NCBI GenBank assembly: GCA_965220085.1
Contig: CBDCOZ010000003.1
Location: forward strand, 992,001 to 1,056,000
Source of the DNA: Candidatus Oxydemutatoraceae bacterium
GTDB lineage: Bacteria; Pseudomonadota; Gammaproteobacteria; Poriferisulfidales; Oxydemutatoraceae
DNA length: 64,000 nucleotides
Direction of reading: 5' to 3'
A program made the position numbers and the translations under genes. The notes beneath the pieces are model-generated. The model saw only the letters and a program-made list of their open reading frames with translations, had not been told where the DNA came from and searched no databases. Below, piece after piece: positions 9,309-22,769 of the stretch. Numbering within the stretch: the stretch's first letter is position 1; each line of letters starts with the position of its first letter.

Positions 9309-10058
9309 ATGCCGGATTCCGAAGACAAGCGATTGTTGCGTTACAGTCGCCATATCCTGTTGCCGCAGATCGGCGAGGAAGGGCAGGCGAAGCTCGCCGC
9401 ATCCGGCGTTCTCATCGTCGGTTTGGGCGGGCTGGGTTCGCCGGCGGCGATGTATCTCGCCGCCAGCGGCGTCGGTCGCTTGTTGATCGCCGATTACGAC
9501 ACGGTGGAGTTATCCAATTTGCAGAGACAGATATTGCATACGACAGCGCGCATCGGCGAGGCCAAAACCGACTCTGCGATTGCGTGTTTGAGGGAGTTGA
9601 ATCCGGATACGGAGCTCGTCGGATACGGCGAGCGGCTCGATCGGGAAACGCTTTCGGCCTTGGTCGCGGATGTCGATGCGGTCATCGATGCGTCCGATAA
9701 CTTCGCTACGCGCTATGCGATCAATGAGGTCTGTTGGCGGCAAACCACCCCGTTGGTGAGCGCCGCCGCGATACGGCTGGAGGCGCAAATCAGCGTATTT
9801 GACCCGACGGATGCCGCCAGTCCGTGTTATCAGTGCCTTTATCCGCCGGGGACGAATGTTGACGACAGTTGCGTGAATAATGGCGTCTTGGCGCCGCTGA
9901 CAGGCGCGATCGGCGCGATGCAGGCAATCGAAGCGATCAAGTTGCTGGTCGGTTTTGGCGAGGCGGCTTGCGGGCGGGTGTTGTTGTTTGATGCGGCGAC
10001 GATGGCATGGCGGCAGGTGAAACTTAATAAAGACCCGGAGTGTTCTGTTTGCAAATGA
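9309..10058 (+). CDS. moeB: MoeB/ThiF-family adenylyltransferase
   Basis: RYSRHILLPQIG, GLGGLGSP and SNLQRQILH motifs; Cys pairs CYQC and CSVC; near mobAB. Confidence 0.85.
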   Translation: MPDSEDKRLLRYSRHILLPQIGEEGQAKLAASGVLIVGLGGLGSPAAMYLAASGVGRLLIADYDTVELSNLQRQILHTTARIGEAKTDSAIACLRELNPDTELVGYGERLDRETLSALVADVDAVIDASDNFATRYAINEVCWRQTTPLVSAAAIRLEAQISVFDPTDAASPCYQCLYPPGTNVDDSCVNNGVLAPLTGAIGAMQAIEAIKLLVGFGEAACGRVLLFDAATMAWRQVKLNKDPECSVCK

Positions 10059-11275
10059 AAGATTCTATTCAATCAATTGTCGGCGACCAGCCGTTTGCTT
10101 CCCTGCGAGTCGGGGATACCCAAGTGGATATTATCGGCACCGCGCATGTATCCGTGTTGAGCCGCGATACGGTCGGCGCTCTGGTGCGACAAAAGTATTA
10201 CGATACCGTGGCGCTCGAGTTATGCGAGAGGCGACACGCGGCGCTGGAGGGCGTCGATCATCTGGCGGAAATGGATCTGTGGAGCGTCATCAAGCAAAAC
10301 AAGATGTTTTCGGTCATGGCCATGCTGGTGTTCGGAGCGTATCAGCGGCGTATCGGCGCGCAACTCGGGGTGGAGCCGGGGGCCGAGTTTAAGGAAGCCA
10401 TCGCGCGGTGCAAGGAATCGGATATTCCGATCGCATTGGTCGACCGTGATATCGGCGTCAGCTTGAAACGTTTCTACCGCAAGATGAAATGGTGGCATCG
10501 CCCCGTGTTGTTCTCCGCCCTGATAGCGAGCATGTTCGCCGATCACAGCATCAGCGAGCGCGAGTTGGAGAATATGAAAAAGGAAGGGGCGCTCTTCAGC
10601 GCGGTAGATCAGTTGTGGCCGGGCTCCGAGCAGTTAGTGCGCACACTTTTGACCGAGCGCGATCAATACATGGCGGCAAAGATTCGGCAGCATATCGCCG
10701 AGCATAAGCCATCGCGCATGCTGGTCGTCATCGGCGCCGGACACCTCAAAGGCATGCGCGAAATTTTGGAGCAAGGCATGGGAGAGCGCGAAGCAAACGA
10801 GAAGTTGATCGATGAATATTGCGAAGTGCCGCCGCGCGGCGCATATCTCAAATATTTTCCGTGGGCGTTGACGGCTTTGATCCTCAGCGGCTTTGTCATC
10901 GGTTTTTCGCGCGACACGGAAGTCGGCGCGGCGCTGGTCGTTTATTGGTTCCTCGCCAACGGGGTTCTGGCCGCGCTCGGGGCGACGCTGGTATTGGCGC
11001 ATCCGCTGACAGTCTTGGCGGCGTTTTTGGCGGCGCCGATAACTTCTTTGAACCCGCTGATCGGCGCGGGCATGGTGACGGCCGCCGTGCAATTTGTTCT
11101 GCGCAAACCGCATGTGTCCGACTTTGTGACGGTCAAAAGCGATATGATCAGCTTCGCGGGTTGGCGTCGCAACCGCTTTACCCATCTGTTTCTGGTGTTC
11201 TTATTCAGCAGCATAGGCTCCGTCGCCGGCACCTATATCGGCGGGATCTATATCTTTAGTGTCCTGTCAGGCTAG
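10055..11275 (+). CDS. TraB/GumN family (pheromone-shutdown-like) membrane protein
   Basis: IGTAHVS, VALELC, PGAEF, ERDQYMA and VIGAGH motifs; C-terminal TM helices; start overlaps the moeB stop. Confidence 0.85.
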   Translation: MKDSIQSIVGDQPFASLRVGDTQVDIIGTAHVSVLSRDTVGALVRQKYYDTVALELCERRHAALEGVDHLAEMDLWSVIKQNKMFSVMAMLVFGAYQRRIGAQLGVEPGAEFKEAIARCKESDIPIALVDRDIGVSLKRFYRKMKWWHRPVLFSALIASMFADHSISERELENMKKEGALFSAVDQLWPGSEQLVRTLLTERDQYMAAKIRQHIAEHKPSRMLVVIGAGHLKGMREILEQGMGEREANEKLIDEYCEVPPRGAYLKYFPWALTALILSGFVIGFSRDTEVGAALVVYWFLANGVLAALGATLVLAHPLTVLAAFLAAPITSLNPLIGAGMVTAAVQFVLRKPHVSDFVTVKSDMISFAGWRRNRFTHLFLVFLFSSIGSVAGTYIGGIYIFSVLSG

Positions 11276-12430
11276 GTCTTGCAGGCCTTTGACGAGACGG
11301 TCTATTCCCTGTTCCAACTTGTCGGCAGTCAGAGCGCCGTATGAAATGCGCAGCGCCGGTTGCCCGGTGTCGCCGAATGCCGAACCGGGCAAGACCGCAA
11401 CCCGGCGCTCATCGATGAGCCGGCATGCGATTTGCTTGTCCGGCGTGTCGGTGTTTAAGCGCACAAACAAATACATCGCCCCGGCGGCGGGAGGCGCGGA
11501 GATGATGCCTTGCTCTGCCAGCGGCGCCAGCTTTTCAAGGCATAGTTCGCGGTTTGCTTTTATCACGCGCAATTGTTCCGCGAGGTAAGGGCGTCCGTCG
11601 CGCAAGCAAGCGATCGCCGCATACTGTGAGATTGCCGGAGGGCAGATGAGGATGTTGTCTTGCACTTTGGTCAAAGCCTTGCCCAGTTGTTTGGGCACAA
11701 CCATATAACCGATGCGCCACGACGCAAAGCCGTAGCTTTTTGACATGGAAAACAGCGACAAGGTGTGCGCGCCCGCGCCGGCGATGCTCGCCGGAGAAAA
11801 GTGCGGCGTTTCGTAAGCGAAGTCTTCGTACGCTTCGTCGCTGATATGGTAGATATTATGTTCGGCGCACAGCGCGTTGATCGCGGTCAGCGTCTGCTCG
11901 GAGTAGACGCACCCGCTCGGGTTGTTTGGCGATACGGTGACGACGGCGCGGGTCTTGGGGCCGATAGCGTTTTTGATGTTTTCAAGCATCGGCTGAAAGC
12001 CGTCGTCGGTGCGCGCGCAACGCGCCTTGCAACCGCACATGACGGCGGTCATCTCGTGATTGAAGTAGTAAGGGAGGAGCAGTATGACTTCATCGCCGGG
12101 GGCGCAGCAGGCGAGCATCAGCGCGTTAAAAGCCATGTTGGCGCCGGCTGTGACAAATATCATCTGCCGCTCGTCGGGCTTGATATTATTGTCGGTGTCG
12201 AGCTTGTCTGCGAACGCTTCGCGAAGTTCCGGCAAGCCTTCTACGGGCCCGTAGAGGTGTTGGTTGCCGCGGCGGGACATCTGTTCCGTCGCGTATGCGA
12301 TGGCTTGCGGCGGCGGCGGGTAAAAGACAACCCCCTGACCGAGCGAGATGGTTCCCGGAGTTTCGGCAATGCGTCGGTTGATGAGCGGGATGATCGCCTC
12401 CTCTACCGCATCCATTCTGTTGTTTTGCAT
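11267..12430 (-). CDS. PLP-dependent aminotransferase class I/II
   Basis: ISLGQG, SPNNPSG, ISDEAYEDF and SMSKSYGFASWRIGY motifs; start uncertain. Confidence 0.9.
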   Translation of the reverse strand: MQNNRMDAVEEAIIPLINRRIAETPGTISLGQGVVFYPPPPQAIAYATEQMSRRGNQHLYGPVEGLPELREAFADKLDTDNNIKPDERQMIFVTAGANMAFNALMLACCAPGDEVILLLPYYFNHEMTAVMCGCKARCARTDDGFQPMLENIKNAIGPKTRAVVTVSPNNPSGCVYSEQTLTAINALCAEHNIYHISDEAYEDFAYETPHFSPASIAGAGAHTLSLFSMSKSYGFASWRIGYMVVPKQLGKALTKVQDNILICPPAISQYAAIACLRDGRPYLAEQLRVIKANRELCLEKLAPLAEQGIISAPPAAGAMYLFVRLNTDTPDKQIACRLIDERRVAVLPGSAFGDTGQPALRISYGALTADKLEQGIDRLVKGLQDLA

Positions 12431-12543
12431 GGCTTTATGTTTCGGCTTGTATCCCCGCCGCGCGGTCGCGACGATAAAATGCGTTCCTATTGTAATGTAG
12501 CGGGGCGGAATGCCATCGCGCCTGCGGCGCGCGACGGGCGGCG

Positions 12544-13245
12544 TCATTTTTGCGCTTTATCCCGCAACAGGCATTGTCGCGCCTGATTGATCATCGCCGC
12601 CAGATGCGGCGTGCCGCCTTGGTCCGGGTGCAGCCGTTGAATCAGGCGGCGATAAGCGGCGGTAATCTCGGCCTCGCTACAGCCGGGGCTTAGCCCCAAA
12701 ACCTGATGCGCCTCATCGGTCGTCATGTCGCTTTGCGCGGGCGCTTGTTCCCGCGTCCGCTGTGACGCGCCGCCTTGGCGCATCTCAAAATAACTTTTTA
12801 ACAAGGCGGCGGCGGGCGGGTCGTCGCGCGCAAACTGCTCCGCTAAGGTTTGCAATTCCTCTTGACTGAGAGTGTTCAGGCGTCTGCCCGCGAATTGACC
12901 GACCAGTATCTTGCCATCCGCCGTGCCTGTCAGGGGGTTCACTTCTATCACCAAACTGTCGCTCCGGAAGTTGGAGTAGTTCTGTTTGCCGAAACGAACA
13001 CCGTGCATAAGTCTGACCAGCAGAGGCGCGAAGCGCAACAGCGCGAAGAGTTTTGCCAGAAACGGCAGCGTTGCGGCGCCCGCTGCGATAATCCAGTTCA
13101 GTCTGCCGGTTAATGCAAGCCCGATGAGTATCGCCGCGATTGCAATGAGCAGCCATTGCAGGCGTGTTTTGCGCGGCTGGCGCTTCAGCCAGCGCAAGAA
13201 GAAAAAGGCCGCAACGATGGCGCCGATGATGAGTAATTGTTGCAT
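12544..13245 (-). CDS. Membrane protein with C-terminal DnaJ domain
   Basis: N-terminal TM segments; EAHQVLGL...AYRRLIQRLHPDQGG (HPD motif). Confidence 0.85.
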   Translation of the reverse strand: MQQLLIIGAIVAAFFFLRWLKRQPRKTRLQWLLIAIAAILIGLALTGRLNWIIAAGAATLPFLAKLFALLRFAPLLVRLMHGVRFGKQNYSNFRSDSLVIEVNPLTGTADGKILVGQFAGRRLNTLSQEELQTLAEQFARDDPPAAALLKSYFEMRQGGASQRTREQAPAQSDMTTDEAHQVLGLSPGCSEAEITAAYRRLIQRLHPDQGGTPHLAAMINQARQCLLRDKAQK

Positions 13246-13285
13246 GGTTATGATGATAATACAGGTTTGGTAGAATTTTACTGCG

Positions 13286-14140
13286 ATGGAGTGGATTAAC
13301 GTACTAGAAGTCCCGCTTGGTTCGGACATGCGGCAGTTGAATCTTGCCTTGAAGCACGACGGGGTGGCGCACCGCATCACCGAAAAGGGCGGCAAGCAGG
13401 TTTTGTCTTTGATGTATCCCAAAGACCGGGCATTGGCCGAGCGACGCATTGCCGAATGGCGCGATGATGCGTTGCCGTTGTTAGCCGAGCGCAAGCGACG
13501 AGCGGCGCCGCGTTCTGCTTTGCGCGCGTTACTCGGCGCGCCGATTGTTCTGATAACAGCGCTGCTCGGCGCGGCGGGAAGCGCGATCGTATGGTTTGAC
13601 CTGCCGTATTTGCTGGGGCTGTTGATCTTTCAATCGGTCGAGTCGGTCGGCGGCAATATGTATCCGCGGGCCGCTTGGGGCGCGCTGGCCGACGGGCAAT
13701 TATGGAAGTTGTGGTCGCCGATGTTTTTGCACTTCGGCATCTTTCACCTGATATTTAATTTGCTGTGGCTGTTTGAGTTCGGCGTCAGGATTGAGCGGTA
13801 TCAGTCCGGCGCAAGGTTGTTGCTCGTCATTTTGGCTTCCGGTCTGGTTTCCAATATCTGCCAATTTTTTGCCGAGCCGACGGTCATTTTTGGCGGTTTA
13901 TCGGGCGTTGTCTACGGTTTGTTCGGGTACTGCGCCCTGCACAGCCACCTGTACAAGTTCTCTTCTTTGGCGCCGCGTCCGGGCGTGACGGTGTTTTTGC
14001 TTGCATGGTTGTTGATCGGCATAAGCGGCATTGTCTCTATGCTTGGAATCGCAAATATCGCCAATGCGGCGCATATCGGAGGGTTGCTAACGGGTTTGTT
14101 GCTGGCTTTGTATCCGCGCGCAAAGCGCGGCAACCGTTGA
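13286..14140 (+). CDS. Rhomboid intramembrane serine protease (GlpG-like)
   Basis: FLHFGIFHLIFN, GGLSGVVYG and NAAHIGG motifs. Confidence 0.9.
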   Translation: MEWINVLEVPLGSDMRQLNLALKHDGVAHRITEKGGKQVLSLMYPKDRALAERRIAEWRDDALPLLAERKRRAAPRSALRALLGAPIVLITALLGAAGSAIVWFDLPYLLGLLIFQSVESVGGNMYPRAAWGALADGQLWKLWSPMFLHFGIFHLIFNLLWLFEFGVRIERYQSGARLLLVILASGLVSNICQFFAEPTVIFGGLSGVVYGLFGYCALHSHLYKFSSLAPRPGVTVFLLAWLLIGISGIVSMLGIANIANAAHIGGLLTGLLLALYPRAKRGNR

Positions 14141-14150
14141 GCTCGCGCGG

Positions 14151-15329
14151 CTAGTCGCGGCGCAACTTGTCGGTCAAGGCGATGGGCGACGGATAGCGGC
14201 TGACAATCAGGTAAGGCGAAATGATGAATGTCAGCATCATAGTCAGCTGAATCAGATGATTGACTTCCTGCCCGATAAGTCCTAACTGAAAGGCGAGCAC
14301 CGATATCAGCAGCGAGAATTCGCTGCCTTGCCCGAGCCGGATGCCGACTTCTTTGGCGCGGCTTTTTTCTTCCTCGTTGTGCCCGCGCAGGAGGAAGCGA
14401 AAGACGTACGGTTTCAGCAACAATATGATGGCCGCCAAAATAAGGCTCGGAATGATGACGTGTTCAAACACCTCGGGGTTGATGCCGCTGCCGAGCGTGA
14501 CAAAGAAGACAATCAGAAAGAAATCGCGCAAAGGCTTGAGCGAGTCGGCGACATACAGCGCGATAGGATTGAGGGCGACGATGACACCGGCGATGAAAGC
14601 GCCCATCTCATGCGACAGGCCGATCCATTCGGTGAGGTGGGCTATGCCCAGACACCAGCCGATCATCAGCAAAAAGATGTATTCCCGAATTTTACTGAAG
14701 CGGCGCAGCAAAGGGAGCAGCACATAACGCTGTGCCAGCCAAATCAGGGCGATTAAAAAGGGCAGCGATGCGAGCGTCAGCAAGGTGCCGCTCAACTCGC
14801 TTCCGATATCGCCGGTCGCCATAACGTGCAGCGTGAACAGCACGGCGATTGCCAGAATGTCTTGCAGCAGCAAGACGCTGATAATCACTTCGCCGGTGGG
14901 TTTGTGGTGCAGGACGGTAGTCGGCAGCAACTTCAGCCCGATGATGGTGCTGGAAAACATCAACGCTGCCGCGAGCACGATGGTCTCGACTGTTTCCAGT
15001 CGCATAAAGTAGCCGAAAGGCACGGCGATTGAGGTCAGAGCCAGACAACTCAATAGCGTCGGCAACGCGGTCGGCTTGAGCATTTTGAAAAGCTTGGCCG
15101 GAGACAGGTCGAGCCCCAAGAGAAAGAGCAGCAGGGTGATGCCTATCTGCGAAACCTGATTAATTTCTTGCGAGTCTTTTATCAGGTTAAAACCGACCGG
15201 GCCGAGCAACAGGCCGAGGAGCAGATACGCCGTCAGCATCGTCTGACGAAGGACTATCGCCAGTGTTGCGACAACCGCAGCGCCGGTGAATATCAGAACG
15301 AGGGTGAGCAACGCTTGATTTTCAATCAT
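14151..15329 (-). CDS. Cation:proton antiporter (CPA2/KefC-like, no KTN domain)
   Basis: LLFLLGL, FSSTII, LLLQDI, GAFIAG and GQGSEFS motifs; multi-TM. Confidence 0.85.
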   Translation of the reverse strand: MIENQALLTLVLIFTGAAVVATLAIVLRQTMLTAYLLLGLLLGPVGFNLIKDSQEINQVSQIGITLLLFLLGLDLSPAKLFKMLKPTALPTLLSCLALTSIAVPFGYFMRLETVETIVLAAALMFSSTIIGLKLLPTTVLHHKPTGEVIISVLLLQDILAIAVLFTLHVMATGDIGSELSGTLLTLASLPFLIALIWLAQRYVLLPLLRRFSKIREYIFLLMIGWCLGIAHLTEWIGLSHEMGAFIAGVIVALNPIALYVADSLKPLRDFFLIVFFVTLGSGINPEVFEHVIIPSLILAAIILLLKPYVFRFLLRGHNEEEKSRAKEVGIRLGQGSEFSLLISVLAFQLGLIGQEVNHLIQLTMMLTFIISPYLIVSRYPSPIALTDKLRRD

Positions 15330-15517
15330 CGTATGCGGCCTTTGAGCGTATGGAGGTTTGTCGGATTTTGCATGATATCAGCATATGGTTGAGACGGTTT
15401 TGTTTGTTTGTAAGCGAGTAAAATTATATGCATAAGCCCATAAGAGGCAAATAAAACAGGCAATGGTAAACTATGATTCCTATTGTAATTCCATTGCTTT
15501 TTATCGGGGTATGAATA

Positions 15518-15736
15518 ATGACAAGACTGACAGCCGCATGTATTTTGTGCTTCTGGCTCTTATCGGGGTGCGGCAATAGCCAAGAAGTCGATGCGTGCAT
15601 ACATGAATATATCTCCGACACAACGCTTTCTGACTGGTCGGACAAAGACCATTCCGATTGGGATGAAGAGAAAAAAGCAAAATACCATTACCTCTATGCG
15701 GAGGCGCATTGCCAGGATGAATATCCCGACGAATAG
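15518..15736 (+). CDS. Small putative lipoprotein
   Basis: Signal peptide with lipobox LSGC; lies in an AT-richer intergenic patch. Confidence 0.55.
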   Translation: MTRLTAACILCFWLLSGCGNSQEVDACIHEYISDTTLSDWSDKDHSDWDEEKKAKYHYLYAEAHCQDEYPDE

Positions 15737-15929
15737 GGATGCATTTTCCATATCTGAGCGATTTCTTTTATTTGCGCAAAAGCCATGCATGGGGCAGCCA
15801 AACCGTTTGACAGTCTGTTGTTTGGCGGCCGCAAGCCAAATAGCCGGATGGCAGCGGCTCCCCGCCCGGCGGGGTTTCCCCTCTGCGCATCGTTGCCTCC
15901 CCTTGCAATTCCGGCGCAGTCTCAGGATA

Positions 15930-18505
<2,576 letters not shown>

Positions 18506-18509
<4 letters not shown>

Positions 18510-19570
18510 GATTTGAGACCGATGATCTGAAAATTAAAGAGATGAAGGAGCTGATCGCTCCCGAGAGCCTGATTGAGAAATTTCCGATCAGCGACGAGGC
18601 ATCAAAGTGCGTGCATGATGCGCGCGAAGGCGTGAGCGGTATCATGCGCGGCGACGATGACCGCATCGTCGTCATCGTCGGCCCGTGTTCGGTGCACAAT
18701 CCCGCCTCGGCGATTGAGTACGCGACAAAGTTGCGGCCTTTGATTGCCGGCTATGCGGATTCTTTGCGCATTATCATGCGCGTGTATTTTGAGAAGCCGC
18801 GCACGACAGTCGGTTGGAAGGGTCTCATCAATGATCCCGATCTCGACGACAGTTTCCGCATCAACAAAGGGCTCGAGACGGCGCGCAAGTTGTTGCTGGA
18901 TCTCAACAATATGGGCGTGCCCGCCGGCACCGAATATCTGGACCTGATCAGCCCGCAGTATATCGCCGGTCTGATCAGTTGGGGCGCGATTGGCGCGCGC
19001 ACAACCGAGAGCCAGAGCCATCGCGAACTTGCATCGGGCTTGTCGTGCCCGGTCGGTTTTAAGAACGGCACCACCGGCAATATTCAGATTGCGATCGACG
19101 CGCTGAAGTCGGCGTCTCAGCCGCATCATTTTCTGTCGGTGACCAAACAAGGGCGGTCGGCGATTTTCTCCACGACGGGCAATCCCGATTGTCATATTAT
19201 CATGCGCGGCGGCAAGGAGACGAACTATGACGCGCAGAGCGTCGCCGCGGTGGCGGCAGCGCTCGCCGCCGGCAAACAGCGCGAGAAAATGATGATTGAC
19301 TTCAGCCACGCGAACAGCCGCAAGCAGTTCAAGCGACAGCTGGACGTCGGCAAAGCGGTTGCCGATCAGATACGAAACGGAGAGACCCGCATCATGGGAG
19401 CGATGATTGAGAGCAATCTGGTCGAAGGCCGGCAAGACCTCGAGCCCGGCAAGGAATTGACTTACGGGCAAAGCATCACCGATGCGTGTGTCGGTTGGGA
19501 TGACACATTGGTTCTGTTGGATATGCTGTCTGACGCGATCGGCGCGGCCAGGACCGCCCGCGCCGCATAA
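18506..19570 (+). CDS. aroG: DAHP synthase, type I-alpha
   Basis: GPCSVH, MRVYFEKPRTTVGWKG, GARTTESQ and GQSITDACVGW motifs; feedback isoform cannot be determined. Confidence 0.9.
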
Positions 19571-19572
19571 TA

Positions 19573-20886
19573 ATGCGACCATTGACGTTGCGGCGGCTGG
19601 ATTCGTCCGATCGCACATTTGATGCCGAACTGTCGCGCCTGATTCGTCAGAGCAAGACAGCGGATAGCGGCATTGTCGATACCGTTCGCGAAATCATCTC
19701 CGCAGTGCGACAGCGCGGCGACAGCGCGTTGCTGGAGTATGTCGCGCGGCACGATGGCATACAAGCCGATGACGCAGCATCGTTGCGGGTTACCGCGACG
19801 CAGATTTCGGCGCGAGCATCATTGGCCGAGCCGCGGCAAAGGCGGGCTTTGGAGCAAGCGGCGGCTCGCATCGAGGCATTCGCCCGCAAGCAAAAGATGA
19901 CCTCGTGGGAATTTGAACAAGACGGCGCGCGCCTCGGCCAGCATATCCGCGCGCTGGAGTCGGTCGGTATTTATATTCCGGGCGGCAAGGCATCGTACCC
20001 GTCATCGGTTTTAATGAATGCGATTCCGGCGATGATTGCGGGCGTTGAGCGCATTGTCGCGGTAACACCGGCGCATGACGGCGAATTGAATCCGTTGGTT
20101 GCCAGAGCGCTGCAACTTGCCGATGTCAACGAAGTCTATGCGATGGGCGGCGCACAGGCGATCGCGGCATTGGCGTACGGGACCGAGACGATAGCGGCGG
20201 TGAAAAAGATTACCGGCCCGGGCAATGCGTATGTGGCCGAAGCCAAGCGGCGGGTATACGGCGAGGTCGGCATCGACATGCCGGCCGGCCCTTCCGAGAT
20301 TTTGATTATCAGCGACGGCACGACGGACCCGGCGTGGATTGCCCGCGACTTGTTTTCGCAAGCGGAGCACGACGAAATGGCGCGCGCGATATTGCTGTGC
20401 GATGAGCCGGATTATTTTGACGAAGTGTCGGAGCGGATGGAGGCGTTGATCGGTCGCATGCCGCGGCGGGATATCATCGCCGCCGCGCTGAAAAACCACG
20501 GCGCGTTTATCAAAGTCACATCGCCGGATGAGGCGGTGGAAGTTGCCAATCGCATCGCCCCGGAGCATCTCGAGTTATCGGTGAAGGATGCCGAAAGCCT
20601 GTTGCCCAAGGTCAGGAATGCGGGCGCGGTTTTTCTCGGCTCCTATGCCAGCGAGGCGCTGGGCGATTATTGTGCCGGCCCCAATCATGTTCTGCCGACG
20701 AATGGCGCGGCGCATTTTTCATCGCCGCTCGGTGTCTATGACTTTCAAAAGCGCATCAACACCCTGCGTTGCTCGCCCGAGAGCGCCGCGCGGCTCGGCG
20801 AGATAGCCGAGTGTCTGGCACAAGCGGAAGGGCTTCCCGCCCATGCCGAAGCGGCGCGGGCGCGGATGGCCAAACCCAATCGCTGA
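19573..20886 (+). CDS. hisD: Histidinol dehydrogenase
   Basis: [33 protein letters not shown] and GPNHVLPT motifs. Confidence 0.97.
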   Translation: MRPLTLRRLDSSDRTFDAELSRLIRQSKTADSGIVDTVREIISAVRQRGDSALLEYVARHDGIQADDAASLRVTATQISARASLAEPRQRRALEQAAARIEAFARKQKMTSWEFEQDGARLGQHIRALESVGIYIPGGKASYPSSVLMNAIPAMIAGVERIVAVTPAHDGELNPLVARALQLADVNEVYAMGGAQAIAALAYGTETIAAVKKITGPGNAYVAEAKRRVYGEVGIDMPAGPSEILIISDGTTDPAWIARDLFSQAEHDEMARAILLCDEPDYFDEVSERMEALIGRMPRRDIIAAALKNHGAFIKVTSPDEAVEVANRIAPEHLELSVKDAESLLPKVRNAGAVFLGSYASEALGDYCAGPNHVLPTNGAAHFSSPLGVYDFQKRINTLRCSPESAARLGEIAECLAQAEGLPAHAEAARARMAKPNR

Positions 20887-20908
20887 TTCATCGACGGAGC
20901 GGACACAT

Positions 20909-21991
20909 ATGAAAGATTCGCCCGCATGTATCCGGTGGATTCGCGATGAGATTCGCGCCGCCGATGCGTATCGTCCGTCGGCGCTTGATGTGGGGATCAA
21001 GTTGGATGCGATGGAGAGCCCTTACGGTTTCAGCAAGGACTTGCGCATAGAGTGGTTGTTGCAGCTGAGCGATTGCGACTTGAACCGTTACCCCGACAAA
21101 CAGGACAAGTTGCGCGAGCGGCTGGTGTCGCACTTCAAGTTGCCGTCCGATTGCGCATTGCTGATGGGCAATGGCTCCGATGAGTTATTGCAGATCGTTG
21201 CGATGTCCGTATCGGGTCATTGTCTCTTGTCGGTGACGCCGGACTTCTCCATGTACCCGATCATCGCGCGCAATTGCGGGTTGCGGCATGTGGGTGTGCC
21301 GTTAGCGGATGGTTTCTCGTTGGACGCGCAGGCGGCGCTTGCGGCGATAGAGAAACACCGTCCGGCGGCGGTATGGTTGTCATGCCCGAATAACCCGACC
21401 GGCAAGGTTTGGGATGAGCGGCAACTTATGCGGATTATCCGCCATGCGCCGGGCATGGTGTTGATCGATGAGGCTTACGCAGCGTATAGCGATTCAAGTT
21501 ATTTGGATCGCTTGGCCGAGTTTGACAACTTGCTGATCATGCGGACTTTTTCCAAAGTCGGTTTGGCGGGCTTGCGCTTCGGCGTATTGCTCGGCAGAAA
21601 GGAGTTGATCGCCGAATTGGACAAATTGCGTCTGCCCTACAACATCAACGCGCTCACTCAAAGCAGCATGCGGTTTGCCCTTGAGCATATGGCGCATTTG
21701 AATGATGCGGCGGAGATTGTCAAAGAAGAGCGCAAGCGATTGTATCGGGGTTTGATAAAGACGCAAGGAGTGATTCCGATCGAGAGCCGCGCTAATTTCA
21801 TTTTGATGAAGTTCCCGACAAATGCGACGAAAATATACCGCAAACTATGCGAACACGATATATTGGCAAAGCATTTTCCGAATGATCCGGCGTTGCGGGA
21901 ATATTTGCGGGTCACGGTCGGAACGCCGGAAGAAAATGATATATTTATAGATACGCTGGCTGCCGTGATACAGCGGGTTGGCAGCGTGTGA
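20909..21991 (+). CDS. hisC: Histidinol-phosphate aminotransferase
   Basis: KLDAMESPY, NRYPD, GNGSDELL, PNNPTG and RTFSKVGLAGLR motifs. Confidence 0.93.
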   Translation: MKDSPACIRWIRDEIRAADAYRPSALDVGIKLDAMESPYGFSKDLRIEWLLQLSDCDLNRYPDKQDKLRERLVSHFKLPSDCALLMGNGSDELLQIVAMSVSGHCLLSVTPDFSMYPIIARNCGLRHVGVPLADGFSLDAQAALAAIEKHRPAAVWLSCPNNPTGKVWDERQLMRIIRHAPGMVLIDEAYAAYSDSSYLDRLAEFDNLLIMRTFSKVGLAGLRFGVLLGRKELIAELDKLRLPYNINALTQSSMRFALEHMAHLNDAAEIVKEERKRLYRGLIKTQGVIPIESRANFILMKFPTNATKIYRKLCEHDILAKHFPNDPALREYLRVTVGTPEENDIFIDTLAAVIQRVGSV

Positions 21992-22010
21992 TGTGCCATG
22001 AGAAAGTACG

Positions 22011-22769
22011 ATGACAACGATTTCTGACATTGCCGAATACGCAAACCGCTATTTGGACATTCGCCGATACCAAGATTATTGTCCGAACGGTTTGCAAGTC
22101 GAAGGCGACCGCGAAGTCAATCGCTTGGCGTGCGGGGTTACCGCCTGCCTCGATTTGATCGATGCGGCCGCGGATGCGCGCGCCGATGCGATACTCGTTC
22201 ATCACGGCTGCTTCTGGCGCGGCGAAGACGCGGCATTGACCGGGATGAAAGCCGGACGGATACGGCGTTTGTTTGAAACAGGGATAGGGCTTTTGGCCTA
22301 TCACTTGCCTTTGGATGCGCATCCCGAGGTCGGCAACAATGCGCAGCTTGCGCGCTTGCTCGATATGCGGGCGGAGGGCCCGTTGGAAGACGATGTGTCC
22401 GCGCCGATCGGATTATGTTGTCGCCTCGATGCGCCGCGCAGCGCCTCCGATTTTGCCGGACATATCGCCAATGTGCTAGAGCGCGAACCGACCTTGATCG
22501 CGCATGCGGACGCACAGATTGAGACAGTCGGCTTATGCACCGGCGCCGCGCAGGACTATATCAATTATGCCGTCCGACACAAACTGGATGCTTTTATCAG
22601 CGGGGAGATTTCCGAGCGCACAACCCATATCGCGCGGGAAGAGGGCGTTTGTTATTACGCCGCCGGTCACCATGCGACGGAGCGCTACGGCGTACAGGCG
22701 CTGGCGCAACACCTGTCGGAGCGCTTCGGTTTTGAAGCGCTCTTCATAGACATAGACAACCCGGTTTAA
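22011..22769 (+). CDS. Nif3-like dinuclear metal center protein (YbgI)
   Basis: DYCPNGLQVEG, YHLPLDAHPEVGNN and AGHHATERYG motifs. Confidence 0.93.
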   Translation: MTTISDIAEYANRYLDIRRYQDYCPNGLQVEGDREVNRLACGVTACLDLIDAAADARADAILVHHGCFWRGEDAALTGMKAGRIRRLFETGIGLLAYHLPLDAHPEVGNNAQLARLLDMRAEGPLEDDVSAPIGLCCRLDAPRSASDFAGHIANVLEREPTLIAHADAQIETVGLCTGAAQDYINYAVRHKLDAFISGEISERTTHIAREEGVCYYAAGHHATERYGVQALAQHLSERFGFEALFIDIDNPV

